DNA of 64,000 bases from a candidate division WOR-3 bacterium. GTDB taxonomy: Bacteria; Hydrothermota; Hydrothermia; B15-G9; WFZT01. The notes under the pieces were generated by a model that was given only the letters and a program-made list of their open reading frames with translations, ran no database searches and had not been told where the DNA came from. Below are positions 39,563 through 49,716 of this stretch, in pieces. The first letter of the stretch is position 1. The number at the start of each line of letters is the position of its first letter. Both the position numbers and the translations under genes were made by a program. The DNA lies in contig JALUEE010000033.1 in NCBI GenBank assembly GCA_027053075.1, positions 32,001 through 96,000 of the forward strand, read 5' to 3'.

Positions 39563-41176
39563 TCAGGCCACCTTTTTAAGTTCTTTATGCTCTTTCTGGA
39601 CCTCTTCTTTTTCTTCTCTGGGCCTGATTTCGATGTTCACTGGATGGTAATTCTTAAGCTGGGCGTGTTTCATTATTTTCGCTACAGTCTTCTCTTTTTC
39701 TTCATTGCTCATCTTCTTATCTGTAAAAACTACAAGGTCAACAGTGGATGCTTTCTCTTTTTCACCCTTTGCAAGGTGATGAAGCATGTAAATCTCACCA
39801 TCCTTCACCTCTTTCTTTATTCCCTTGATGATTGACGGGATAAATCTTTCAACCCTCTTGATAAAATGCTCACGTTCTTCAAGCTTCCAGTCAACGTAAT
39901 ACCTCATCCTTCTTCCACTTATTGCCTCATAGGCGGCCTCAAATAGGAAGGATATCACTATAAATATTGTCGCGGCTTTCAGGGATGATGGATTTTGCTT
40001 CAAATTGTACCCCACAAGGACAAGAGCGGAGGCAAGGCAGAGAAGGAAGCCAAGCATTGGAAGCCATTTATTGGAATCGGTCAATTTGCTCAGCTTGTAG
40101 TTGGCAAGATTAACAAGACCAAAGACGATCAAAAATCCGAGACTGCCTGCAACTGAAATGTTCTCAAGGTTAGTGGAAAGTGTAAAAATTATCGTGATGA
40201 CTCCAAGGATTACAATTCCCTCGTATCCACCTTTCCAAATCCTTTTTCCGAAGGTTCGGGGCAACTGGCCATATTTTGTAATCAGATAGCTAATTCTTCC
40301 ACTGCCGTAAAGTGTTGCGTTGATAGCCGAAGCAGTGGAAAGCATCGCAGCAATGCCGATAATGATGAATCCAGCTTTACCGAAGAAGGGCTCAGCGGCA
40401 ATGGCAAGGGCATAATCCTTGTATTTAACCACCTGGTCATAGGTGAGATTTCCAACAGCGACGATGGCAATAAGCACGTAAAGAGCAATAACGAATCCAA
40501 CCGAAGCATAAAATGCCTTTGGCAGGGTCTCGACAGGATTCACAATATCCTGGGCCGTATTTGCAATTAGCTCAAATCCTTCGTAGGCAAGGAAAATAAT
40601 TAGCCCACCGGTTATGATATTAAGCATCGGCGCCCAGTTTTGTGGCTCGAGCCGGTCAACCTTAATTGTGATGAATCCAACAACTGCAAATGCAAGCAGA
40701 ATGAGAATTTTGACGAAAACCATAAGGTCCTCAGCCTTACCCGTGACATAAGCACCGAGAAGATTTATCAGGGTAAACACCAGTACAACACCCACGATAA
40801 AAAGCTGCTTGGCAAGGAGAACCTCTTTTCCAAAGAACAGTGCAGCGGAATAGCTTCCAAATGCGTAAGAATAAAGGGACATCATGATGATATAGCTGGA
40901 GAGCAGTAATACGTTTATCCATCCAGAAAAGAGTCCCGTTCCGAAGGCCTTGGTGATAAACTCTATTGTGCCACCTTCACTGGGGAACCTGACTGACAAC
41001 TTCGCATAAGAGTAGGATGTGATTAGAGCAATGAGCCCCGCGACTATAAAAGCTATGAATGCTGCACCATGGGCGAGAAGAATGGTAAGGCCAAGGACGG
41101 CAAAGATACCACCACCTACCATTCCCCCTACACCGATGGAAAACGCTTCGAAAAATCCAATCTTTTTGTGTGTCAT
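39563..41176 (-). CDS. APC-family amino acid permease with C-terminal degenerate nucleotidyltransferase-like domain
   Basis: GGMVGGGIF, FLAYEGFE, ~12 TM segments; ~105-aa soluble tail. Confidence 0.88.
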   Translation of the reverse strand: MTHKKIGFFEAFSIGVGGMVGGGIFAVLGLTILLAHGAAFIAFIVAGLIALITSYSYAKLSVRFPSEGGTIEFITKAFGTGLFSGWINVLLLSSYIIMMSLYSYAFGSYSAALFFGKEVLLAKQLFIVGVVLVFTLINLLGAYVTGKAEDLMVFVKILILLAFAVVGFITIKVDRLEPQNWAPMLNIITGGLIIFLAYEGFELIANTAQDIVNPVETLPKAFYASVGFVIALYVLIAIVAVGNLTYDQVVKYKDYALAIAAEPFFGKAGFIIIGIAAMLSTASAINATLYGSGRISYLITKYGQLPRTFGKRIWKGGYEGIVILGVITIIFTLSTNLENISVAGSLGFLIVFGLVNLANYKLSKLTDSNKWLPMLGFLLCLASALVLVGYNLKQNPSSLKAATIFIVISFLFEAAYEAISGRRMRYYVDWKLEEREHFIKRVERFIPSIIKGIKKEVKDGEIYMLHHLAKGEKEKASTVDLVVFTDKKMSNEEKEKTVAKIMKHAQLKNYHPVNIEIRPREEKEEVQKEHKELKKVA

Positions 41177-42474
41177 TCTATCCTCTCAAAAATAAGTTCT
41201 TGTAAATTTGGTTTAGAGTCACTGATAGAAAACGAACTTTCAAGGTATCCAAGACATTCCTGCAGCCTGGATTCATCGTTGTAGAGCACTTCAAAGATAA
41301 CATCATTCTCTGACACCTGATCTCCCACCTTTTTCAGCACCATGATTCCTACATTGTGGTCAATCTCATCTTCCTTCTTTGACCTGCCTGCACCGAGCAC
41401 CGTAGCACCAAGTCCCACTTTGAGTGTATTAAATTTCTCGAGATAGCCGGATTTTCCTGCCTTCACGAGGTAAGTTCCCTTCACCTTTACGAAATCATCC
41501 CTTTCCACAGCATCTGGATCACCACCATGCGCAATGACCATCTGCCTCCATTTTTCATAGGCCCTGCCGTCCTCAAGGGCATCCTCAAGTATCTTTCTCG
41601 CCTCGTCCCTTGACTTTGCAATTCCCCCGATGAGCAGCATCTCCACACCAAGGGCAATGGAAAGCTCCCTAACATCACGAGGCCCTTCATTTTTCAAAAC
41701 TTTTACCGATTCAACCACTTCCACTGCATTTCCCACAGCCTCTCCAAGTGGCTGGTCCATATTTGTAATGAGAGCCACCACCTTTTTACCCATAAGCTTC
41801 CCTGTTTCAACCATGGATTTAGCAAGCTTTCTTGCATCCTCAATTTTGCGCATAAATGCGCCTGAGCCGGTCTTCACATCCAGAACCAGTCCATCAATAC
41901 CCTCTGCTATCTTTTTTGACATGATGCTCGACGTGATCAAAGGAATGCTCTCCACAGTGGCCGTCACATCCCTCAGAGCGTAGAGTTTTCTATCAGCGGG
42001 AACGAGTTCCTCGGTCTGCCCGATGATTGAAATTCCAACTTCAGATAGAATTTCAACAAACTCCTCAACCGGAATTGATGTGCGGTATCCGGGTATGGAA
42101 TCCAGCTTGTCCAGTGTTCCACCAGTATGCCCGAGGGCACGACCTGAGATCATCGGGACCACCACTCCCACAGATGCAACAAGTGGGCCAAGAATCAGAG
42201 ATATTTTGTCACCCACTCCACCTGTTGAGTGCTTATCAACTTTCGGTCCACTGATGTGTGAAAGATTTACAGTCTCTCCACTCCTGATCATCGCCTCGGT
42301 CAGTACCTGTGTCTCCTCAAAGTCCATATTCTGGAAATAGATTGCCATAAGAAGTGCACTCATCTGATAATCGGGAATTTCGTCCTTAACATACCCATCA
42401 ATCATGAAATTGATCTCTTCGGGTGTTAGCTTCCCGCCATCCCTTTTCTTTCTAATAATGTCAACTGGTCTCAT
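41173..42474 (-). CDS. pdp: Pyrimidine-nucleoside/thymidine phosphorylase
   Basis: DKHSTGGVGDK, SGRALGHTGGTLDKL, RDVTATV, SIMSKK. Confidence 0.94.
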   Translation of the reverse strand: MRPVDIIRKKRDGGKLTPEEINFMIDGYVKDEIPDYQMSALLMAIYFQNMDFEETQVLTEAMIRSGETVNLSHISGPKVDKHSTGGVGDKISLILGPLVASVGVVVPMISGRALGHTGGTLDKLDSIPGYRTSIPVEEFVEILSEVGISIIGQTEELVPADRKLYALRDVTATVESIPLITSSIMSKKIAEGIDGLVLDVKTGSGAFMRKIEDARKLAKSMVETGKLMGKKVVALITNMDQPLGEAVGNAVEVVESVKVLKNEGPRDVRELSIALGVEMLLIGGIAKSRDEARKILEDALEDGRAYEKWRQMVIAHGGDPDAVERDDFVKVKGTYLVKAGKSGYLEKFNTLKVGLGATVLGAGRSKKEDEIDHNVGIMVLKKVGDQVSENDVIFEVLYNDESRLQECLGYLESSFSISDSKPNLQELIFERIE

Positions 42475-43612
42475 TGGCTACCTCCATTACAAGGGCTGTT
42501 GCCATTACAGCAAGACCTTCCTCTCTGCCGATAAATCCCATCTTTTCTGCCGTCTTACCTTTTAAAGATATCTTTGAGGAAGGCATCCTTAAAATTCTAC
42601 CAAGGTTCTTAACGATTTCCTCTTTGAATTGAACGATCTTCGGTTTCTCGGTTACAACCACGATGTCAAGATTGACCGGATAGAATCCTTTGCTGGTCAT
42701 TTCTTCAGCCACCTTCTCGAGCAATACGGTGCTTTTGATGTCTTTGTACTTTTCATCGGTATCGGGAAACCATTCACCAATGTCACCAAGTCCTGAGGCA
42801 CCAAGCAGCGCATCGATAACCGCGTGTGTCACAGCATCACCATCAGAGTGTCCCTTCAAACCATAAGGAAGTGGCAGCTCGACGCCACCAAGGACCATCT
42901 TTCTCCCCTCCTCAAACCTGTGAATATCAAATCCAAAGCCAACCCTTAAATTCTTCATAAGAATCCTCTCCACAAGTTCCATGTCTTCCCTGAAAGTTAC
43001 CTTGAAATTCAATGGGCTTCCTTCTACAAACTTAGTTTTAATCCCTTTCAACTCTTCCACCAGTGTGGTTTCGTCTGTGTAAACGACTCCTTCTTCTGCA
43101 GCTATCTCAAGGGTTTCAAGTATCAGTTCTCTTTCAAATCCCTGAGGAGTCTGAATAGATTTCAGCTCCGACCTCGGGACACTCTTAAAGACAAAATCTC
43201 CCTCAAAGTTTTTAAGCGTATCTCTCACAGGCTCAGCAGGTGTGACAGCAGGCCACCCCACAAGTGCCTTTATGACGTTTTTGACCACCTTCTGGGGCAC
43301 AAATGGCCTTGCCCCGTCGTGAATCAGGACAAAATCAGATTCGGCCCTCTTGACTCCGTTCAGCACCGAATGGGTCCTCTCAACTCCTCCTTTAACAATC
43401 TCTAAATCGGGGAAATGGGGGACAAGCTCTTTTTCAGCCCTTTCTATGCCAGATTCATTCAGCACGAGAATTTTTTTCCTGAACCTGTGGGCCCGAAGGA
43501 TATTGGCCAGTGTGTAGAATATTAACGGCCTGCCAAACACTTCATAAAAAATTTTATCGCCGGCAAAGCGAGTACCTTTACCGGCAGCTACAACAACAAT
43601 ATCGATCTTCAT
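42461..43612 (-). CDS. ispDF: Bifunctional IspD/IspF
   Basis: AAGKGTR, IHDGARP, IQTPQ; GFDIHRF, GHSDGD, DIGEWFPD, GREEG. Confidence 0.94.
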   Translation of the reverse strand: MKIDIVVVAAGKGTRFAGDKIFYEVFGRPLIFYTLANILRAHRFRKKILVLNESGIERAEKELVPHFPDLEIVKGGVERTHSVLNGVKRAESDFVLIHDGARPFVPQKVVKNVIKALVGWPAVTPAEPVRDTLKNFEGDFVFKSVPRSELKSIQTPQGFERELILETLEIAAEEGVVYTDETTLVEELKGIKTKFVEGSPLNFKVTFREDMELVERILMKNLRVGFGFDIHRFEEGRKMVLGGVELPLPYGLKGHSDGDAVTHAVIDALLGASGLGDIGEWFPDTDEKYKDIKSTVLLEKVAEEMTSKGFYPVNLDIVVVTEKPKIVQFKEEIVKNLGRILRMPSSKISLKGKTAEKMGFIGREEGLAVMATALVMEVANETS

Positions 43613-43668
43613 GGGTGAATTTTAAAGCCGAGTGGCTACTCTTTGAAGATTGCATTATCATTTGAACG

Positions 43669-45753
43669 ATGGATGTCCTTGAGTTTTTAAGGATGGAGGT
43701 ACGTTATCTCAAAGGAGTTGGCCCCAAACGTGCCCAGCTCTTTAAGAGGCTTGGTATAACCACTGTGCTCGACCTCCTCTATTTTGCCCCTCGAAGGTAC
43801 ATTGACAGGAGAAACATCACCCCTATCCACGATGTAAAGCGTGGAGCCGAGGTTACCGTGGCTGGAAAGGTTCTCACAAAGGGGATCAAAAAGGTTCGCG
43901 GAAATTTAGTTTTCACCGTAATCATCAGTGATGGGACCGACTGGATGGAGCTTGTCTGGAGGAATGTCAAAGGCATTGACAAAGTTTTTAATAAAAATGA
44001 CCAGGTCATTGCATCGGGAAAGGTTTATGTCTATCGTGGAACAAAGGTTATCTACCACCCCGAATATGAAATAATTGACGAAGCACATCCGCAGGGTAAC
44101 AGGATAATGGCAGGGATGCTTGTTCCCGTTTATCCCTCCACCGAGGGCCTAAAGCCGAGGTTTATGAGAAGGCTTATCATGGAGGTGTTAGAGAAGATCG
44201 GGGGCGAGATACCGGAAACCCTGCCAGATTATATTCGCAACAAATTTGGTCTCTACACACGAAAAGAGGCAATTCGCCTCCTCCATTTCCCTCATGAGCT
44301 CAAACAGGCAAGACTTGCGAGAACAACCCTCGTATTTGAAGAGCTTTTTTACTTTTACATCAAATTGCTGGAAAAGCGCGTCGAATCAAAGGGTCTTGGC
44401 ATTCCCCTTGAAGTAAAAAATGAACTGACGAAGAAGTTCGTGGATTCTCTGAAATTTGAACTTACGGGAGCCCAGAAACGTGTAATCTCCGAGATCACGG
44501 ATGACCTCTCAAAAAATACCCCCATGCACAGGCTGCTTCAGGGGGATGTGGGAAGCGGCAAGACCGTGGTTGCCCTCTATACAATGCTGGTCGCTGTGGA
44601 AAATGGCTATCAGGCTGTAATGATGGCCCCAACTGAAATTCTCGCCGAGCAGCATTTTCTCGTTATGAGTGAGTACCTTTTCCCGCTTAACGTTCGGATG
44701 GCCCTGCTGCTTGGCAAGATGAGGAAAAAGGACAAGCAGCTTGCCATTGAAAGGATAAAGATGGGAGATGCAGAGGTGGTAATTGGCACCCATGCCCTTA
44801 TCCAGGAAGATGTTGAATTTAAAAAGCTCGCCGTTGCCGTAATTGACGAGCAGCATAAGTTTGGGGTTCTTCAGCGTGCGAAGTTACTCGAGAAGGGTTT
44901 TGAGAATAAATCTCCCCACTTTCTTGTGATGACTGCAACGCCTATTCCGCGAACCCTTGCGCTCACCATTTACGGAGACCTCGATGTCTCAATAATTGAT
45001 GAAATGCCACCTGGTCGTGGCAAAGTAGTGACAAAATGGGTAAAAGAGGGCCGCAGAGATAAGGTCTATTCGTGGCTTTTTGATGAGGTGAAGAAAGGCA
45101 ACCAGGCATACGTGGTCGCGCCTCTGATAGAAAAATCTGAAAAACTCGAGGCCGAGGCCGCAACCGAGCTTTACAAAAAACTCACCGAAATCGCCCCTGA
45201 AGGCATAAATATAGGCCTGATACACGGAAAGATGAAAAAGGATGAGCGTGGAGAGGTAATGAGAAAATTCAGAAACGGGGAGTTCCACATCCTTGTTGCC
45301 ACCACCGTTATTGAGGTTGGCATAGATGTTCCCAATGCCACCATTATGATAATCGAGCACGCCGAGAGATTTGGACTTGCCCAGCTCCATCAACTGCGTG
45401 GTCGCATTGGAAGAGGATCAAAGAAAAGCTACTGCATACTCATCACTCCATCAAAGGTAAGCGAAGACGCAAAGAAGCGACTGAAAGCAATGGTAGAGAC
45501 CACGGACGGCTTTAAGATTGCGGAAATTGACCTCGAGATCAGGGGGCCCGGTGAGATTTTCGGCACGAAACAGCATGGAATCCCCAGATTTAGAATCGCC
45601 AACCTCATTAGGGACCAGAAAATTATCCAGCAGACTAAAAAAGAGGTGGAGAAAATCCTTGCCTTTGATCCATTTTTGACAAAACCACAAAATCGAGTTA
45701 TTAAAGAAACACTGGAAAACGAAAAGATTGGAGAGGTGATCTATGTTGGTTAA
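43669..45753 (+). CDS. recG: ATP-dependent DNA helicase RecG
   Basis: GDVGSGKT, DEQHKFG, TATPIPRT, QLHQLRGRIGRG, RGPGE. Confidence 0.96.
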   Translation: MDVLEFLRMEVRYLKGVGPKRAQLFKRLGITTVLDLLYFAPRRYIDRRNITPIHDVKRGAEVTVAGKVLTKGIKKVRGNLVFTVIISDGTDWMELVWRNVKGIDKVFNKNDQVIASGKVYVYRGTKVIYHPEYEIIDEAHPQGNRIMAGMLVPVYPSTEGLKPRFMRRLIMEVLEKIGGEIPETLPDYIRNKFGLYTRKEAIRLLHFPHELKQARLARTTLVFEELFYFYIKLLEKRVESKGLGIPLEVKNELTKKFVDSLKFELTGAQKRVISEITDDLSKNTPMHRLLQGDVGSGKTVVALYTMLVAVENGYQAVMMAPTEILAEQHFLVMSEYLFPLNVRMALLLGKMRKKDKQLAIERIKMGDAEVVIGTHALIQEDVEFKKLAVAVIDEQHKFGVLQRAKLLEKGFENKSPHFLVMTATPIPRTLALTIYGDLDVSIIDEMPPGRGKVVTKWVKEGRRDKVYSWLFDEVKKGNQAYVVAPLIEKSEKLEAEAATELYKKLTEIAPEGINIGLIHGKMKKDERGEVMRKFRNGEFHILVATTVIEVGIDVPNATIMIIEHAERFGLAQLHQLRGRIGRGSKKSYCILITPSKVSEDAKKRLKAMVETTDGFKIAEIDLEIRGPGEIFGTKQHGIPRFRIANLIRDQKIIQQTKKEVEKILAFDPFLTKPQNRVIKETLENEKIGEVIYVG

Positions 45754-46711
45754 AAAAGCGTTACTTGCATTGGTTATAGTCCTTGGTCTCACGTCGTGTA
45801 CAAAGATCGAACGTTTTGCCAGAGGGAAGGCAAATGAGGTGGTAATTGTTTACGATGGTACCCTGAGAGAGGCCAAATTTCTTCAGAGTGTGCTCTCGGA
45901 TACCTTTTATACACCTCATCCTGAGCCGCTTTTCATCACCTACCCTGTCACCTACGACCAGTTTGAGCCCTTTAAGGGCTACAAAAACGTGATCTTCCTT
46001 TCCACTTATAACTCACCGGACTATCCTATCTTCAAGCAAATATTTGGTGAGCGGCAACCTGGAATCTATCTTGTGAAAAACTACTATCAGGAAGGTGACG
46101 CAATTTTAGGTGTCATCTCGTCCGACGAGACTGCACTCTGGAGTTTTGTCTATGAAAAGAAGGACTACATTTTGGGGGAGATGTTAAAAAGATACCGTGC
46201 CATACTTCGAAAGAAAGCATATTTTGCCGGGCACAACAAGAAGTTTTCGAAAGAGTTTGGTGAGAAATACGGCTTCACCTTTGATTTTCCCATGGGATGG
46301 GCTTATGTGGTTCAGGATACCAATTTTGTCAGCATCGCAAAGCACTATCCGGATAGGTTTATGTTTTTCTACCACGAAAACGCGCCTCGACTTTTTGACG
46401 CTGATGAGATCATAAGGCTCAGGAACAAACTCACTGCAAAATACTACGACGGAGACTATGTCTATAAAGAGCACCTGAGGGTCAAGGATACAACCTTTGT
46501 TGGGCAGCCTGCCATCAAGATTTTCGGAATCTGGCAGAATGATAAAGAATACCTCGGGGGGCCCTTTGAGACCATTGCGTTCAATCTCAATGACAATTTC
46601 TACATGTTTGACATGGGTGTTTTTGCACCGGACAGAAATGAGAAGCTCCAGTTTATCATCAGAATGGAAATCATCCTGAGCTCGTTCCATCTCTATGAGC
46701 CCAAAAAGTAA
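45743..46711 (+). CDS. DUF4837-like lipoprotein
   Basis: LTSC lipobox, A.GK.NEV, TPHPEPLF, G.W..GGPF, FAP..K. Confidence 0.7.
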   Translation: MLVKKALLALVIVLGLTSCTKIERFARGKANEVVIVYDGTLREAKFLQSVLSDTFYTPHPEPLFITYPVTYDQFEPFKGYKNVIFLSTYNSPDYPIFKQIFGERQPGIYLVKNYYQEGDAILGVISSDETALWSFVYEKKDYILGEMLKRYRAILRKKAYFAGHNKKFSKEFGEKYGFTFDFPMGWAYVVQDTNFVSIAKHYPDRFMFFYHENAPRLFDADEIIRLRNKLTAKYYDGDYVYKEHLRVKDTTFVGQPAIKIFGIWQNDKEYLGGPFETIAFNLNDNFYMFDMGVFAPDRNEKLQFIIRMEIILSSFHLYEPKK

Positions 46712-47447
46712 AGTCGCAGTAATCACGGATTTCGGACTACAGGACCCCTACGTGGGAGTGATGAAGGCACAGATTTTCAGGTTTGTGGATGAGGTGGAAT
46801 TTATTGACATCACCCACTATGTGCCACAATTCAACATCAAAGCTGCCACTTTTATATTCTCGTATGCCTTAAGATGGCTTCCAGAGGATATCCATTTTCT
46901 CATTGTGGTGGACCCGGGTGTAGGCTCTAATCGCCGGGCAATTGCTGCAGCGAAAGGCAAAAGATTTTTCGTGGCACCGGACAATGGGGTTCTCTCGCCA
47001 ATTCTGGATGAAGCTGAAGTCTATGCTATTGAAAACATAAAACCGGAGTCTTCGACATTCCACGGCAGGGATTTATTTGCCCCGGCACTTGGTATGCTTC
47101 TTAGGGGGAAACCTCCTGGGGAACTCGGACCTCGCATCACAGACCCGATAAAAATCAGATTACCTGAGCCGGAAATTGAGAAAGGCTGGATCAAAGGGGA
47201 AATTATTTACATTGACCACTTTGGGAATCTTGTGACGAATATTCCCCGTGAGCTTGTGAAATCTGGTAAAAAGGTGATTTTCAAAGGTGTCGAAATTACG
47301 TTTGTAAACTCGTATTTCGATGTCGATAAGGGCCAGGCACTTGCGATTATTGACTCTTACGACATGCTTGAAATTTCAGTGAGGGAGGGGAGCGCGAAAG
47401 AGAAATTCGGAGCTGAGGTTGGAGACATTGTCCAGCTTGAGAGGTAA
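46695..47447 (+). CDS. DUF62 SAM hydroxide adenosyltransferase (chlorinase/fluorinase family)
   Basis: TDFG..D.YV, VDPGVGS.R, STFHGRD, DHFGN. Confidence 0.9.
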   Translation: MSPKSKVAVITDFGLQDPYVGVMKAQIFRFVDEVEFIDITHYVPQFNIKAATFIFSYALRWLPEDIHFLIVVDPGVGSNRRAIAAAKGKRFFVAPDNGVLSPILDEAEVYAIENIKPESSTFHGRDLFAPALGMLLRGKPPGELGPRITDPIKIRLPEPEIEKGWIKGEIIYIDHFGNLVTNIPRELVKSGKKVIFKGVEITFVNSYFDVDKGQALAIIDSYDMLEISVREGSAKEKFGAEVGDIVQLER

Positions 47448-47823
47448 GGGTGCATATATTCTTTTCCTTAAGTTACCTTCGGCAAAGAAAATAAGGGTCG
47501 GGAGATTGGGGAAATTTCACTTTAAGCCCGGGATTTATCTTTACGTGGGGAGTGCCATGAAGGGGTTTAATACGAGGATTCCGCGTTACATAAATGGTCC
47601 TGTGAGGAAGCACTGGCATATTGACTACCTGCTTGAGTTTGCCGAACTCCTCGCCGTCCTTTTGATACCATCTGATGAAAAAATTGAAGAGAAAGTTGCC
47701 GCAAAGCTGGGAACTGTTTTTAGCTCCCCCATAAAAGGATTTGGTTCCTCAGATACCTCTTCCTATGCCCACCTTTTCTATCTATCAGACATCAAAGATG
47801 GCAACGAGAAAGGTGTGGTCTGA
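47419..47823 (+). CDS. DUF123/GIY-YIG (Uri) nuclease family protein
   Basis: GAYIL, G.YLYVGSA, HWHIDYL, GFGSSD; start codon uncertain. Confidence 0.82.
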   Translation: METLSSLRGKGAYILFLKLPSAKKIRVGRLGKFHFKPGIYLYVGSAMKGFNTRIPRYINGPVRKHWHIDYLLEFAELLAVLLIPSDEKIEEKVAAKLGTVFSSPIKGFGSSDTSSYAHLFYLSDIKDGNEKGVV

Positions 47824-48558
47824 AGGTTTCTCCCACGCCCTCGGCTCCCTGTCAACATAGGAATCTACAGATTTATCGGCAAGAGGTTTGGTTGCAAGGA
47901 TGTGGTCAATTCTCCAGCCGATGTTCCTCTCAAGAGCTTTAGGAACACGATAATCCCAGTAGGTAAATTCTCCGGGATTGGGCCTGTGCTTTCTAAACAC
48001 GTCAATAAATCCCCACTCGAGGGTCTTCTGGAATTCTCTTCTCACATCAATGTGGAAATCCACGTGTTTAAGCTTGGTCTTGGGATTTGTGACATCAATC
48101 TCAGTGGGAGCGACGTTTATATCACCCATCCATAGAAGCGGCTCGTCTGGTGAAAAATGACGTGAGAAATATTCCCTCAGTCTCCTGAACCACCTTAACT
48201 TGTACTGATAATCCGGATGATCAATCTTTTTGCCCTGGGGGACGTACGTGTTAACGATGGGAATGCCTTTGATCACTCCTTTGATGAGTCGTGACTCGTC
48301 TTTCGGCTCATCGTCGAATCCGTACTGCACATCCTCAATGGGCCATTTGCTTGCAATTGCCACACCGCTGTAGGCTTTTTGACCGCGGAAAACCACGTAG
48401 TATCCTATCTTATCGAATTCCTCTTTTGGAAAGAGCTCATCCACAACCTTTGTTTCCTGAATAGCGAGTACATCGGGGGATTCTTTCTCAATCCACCTTT
48501 TAATAATATGCATCCTGCTCCTGATGGAATTTGCGTTGAACGTAGCAACCTTAAACAT
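47785..48558 (-). CDS. xth: Exodeoxyribonuclease III
   Basis: ATFNANS, QETK, YSGVA, YVPQG, GDIN, WRIDH, SDH. Confidence 0.94.
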   Translation of the reverse strand: MFKVATFNANSIRSRMHIIKRWIEKESPDVLAIQETKVVDELFPKEEFDKIGYYVVFRGQKAYSGVAIASKWPIEDVQYGFDDEPKDESRLIKGVIKGIPIVNTYVPQGKKIDHPDYQYKLRWFRRLREYFSRHFSPDEPLLWMGDINVAPTEIDVTNPKTKLKHVDFHIDVRREFQKTLEWGFIDVFRKHRPNPGEFTYWDYRVPKALERNIGWRIDHILATKPLADKSVDSYVDREPRAWEKPSDHTFLVAIFDV

Positions 48559-48598
48559 ACCTAAATTTTACTGCTGGAGGTTAGAATTTTTGAACATC

Positions 48599-49714
48599 TC
48601 AAAGAGCCTTGAGTAGGGTTTCTGCTATATATGATACATCTTCTTCGCTCAGGCCAGGGTATAGGGGAAGGGTGAGCTGACGAGAGGAAAATTCTTCAGT
48701 GACAGGAAGGATGAGCTCTCCAAACCTTGATCTCATGGCGCTAAATTTGTGAACAGGCGGATAGTGAACCGATGTCTGAATGCCTGCTTCAGCGAGCTTG
48801 CGCACCACCTCATCTCTTGAAATCCCCTCAGGGAGTACAACCGGAAAAATGTAATTTGCTGAGTTTTCATAATCATCAAAGGGGATCAGTACCTTATCAG
48901 AGAGGAGCTCACGATAAAGTTTTACAAGCCTGCACCTCTTTTCATTTTTCTCCCCGAGCTTCTCTAACTGGACAATTCCAAGAGCAGCTTGAATTTCAGT
49001 AATCCTGTAGTTGTATCCTATATCAACAACATCGTATAAGGTATCACCAAGTGTAAACTTGGAATAGCTCGAGGTCGTAAGCCCGTGAGACCTCAAAAGC
49101 TTTGCCTTCTCGTAAACTTTTTCATCGTTTGTGAGCAAAAAACCACCTTCTCCGGTTGAAAGATTTTTGTTGGTAAATGTGGAAAACGCACCGACAAGGC
49201 CAAAGGTCCCGGCAAACTTGCCCTCTATTTTTGTTCCAATGGCATGAGAAGCATCTTCAATGAGGATGAGGCCGTATCTATCTGAGATGTCCTTTACCTC
49301 ATCGATAAACCTGTAAAAACCGGCATAGTGGACAAAGACCACCGCCTTTGCACCGCGGGCTTTTCTCTCAACTTCGTCAGGTGAGATATTTGGATACTTG
49401 AGCGAATGGATATCCACAAAAAGAGGCTCAGCGCCTATCCAGATGAGTGGTGTTACTGTTGCAACAAAAGTGAGGGAAGGTACAAGTACCCTGTCACCGG
49501 GTTTAATCCCTGCCGACAGGTATGTGAGATGAAGTGCAGTGGTGCCGGAGCTTGTGGCAAGGGCGTATTCGACGCCGAAATACTGAGCGAGCTTTTCTTC
49601 GTACTCTTTCGTTTTTGGTCCCTGGGTTATCCACCCTGAGTTTATGACCTCGATTACTGCACGTTTTTCCTCTTCGCCGTAATCGAGGTCAAAGAGTGGG
49701 TAACGCCAGGACAC
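48599..49714 (-). CDS. DegT/DnrJ/EryC1/StrS PLP aminotransferase
   Basis: SSGTTALH, TFVAT, EDASHA, NKNLSTGEGG, GYNYR. Confidence 0.92.
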   Translation of the reverse strand: MSWRYPLFDLDYGEEEKRAVIEVINSGWITQGPKTKEYEEKLAQYFGVEYALATSSGTTALHLTYLSAGIKPGDRVLVPSLTFVATVTPLIWIGAEPLFVDIHSLKYPNISPDEVERKARGAKAVVFVHYAGFYRFIDEVKDISDRYGLILIEDASHAIGTKIEGKFAGTFGLVGAFSTFTNKNLSTGEGGFLLTNDEKVYEKAKLLRSHGLTTSSYSKFTLGDTLYDVVDIGYNYRITEIQAALGIVQLEKLGEKNEKRCRLVKLYRELLSDKVLIPFDDYENSANYIFPVVLPEGISRDEVVRKLAEAGIQTSVHYPPVHKFSAMRSRFGELILPVTEEFSSRQLTLPLYPGLSEEDVSYIAETLLKAL

Positions 49715-49716
49715 GT

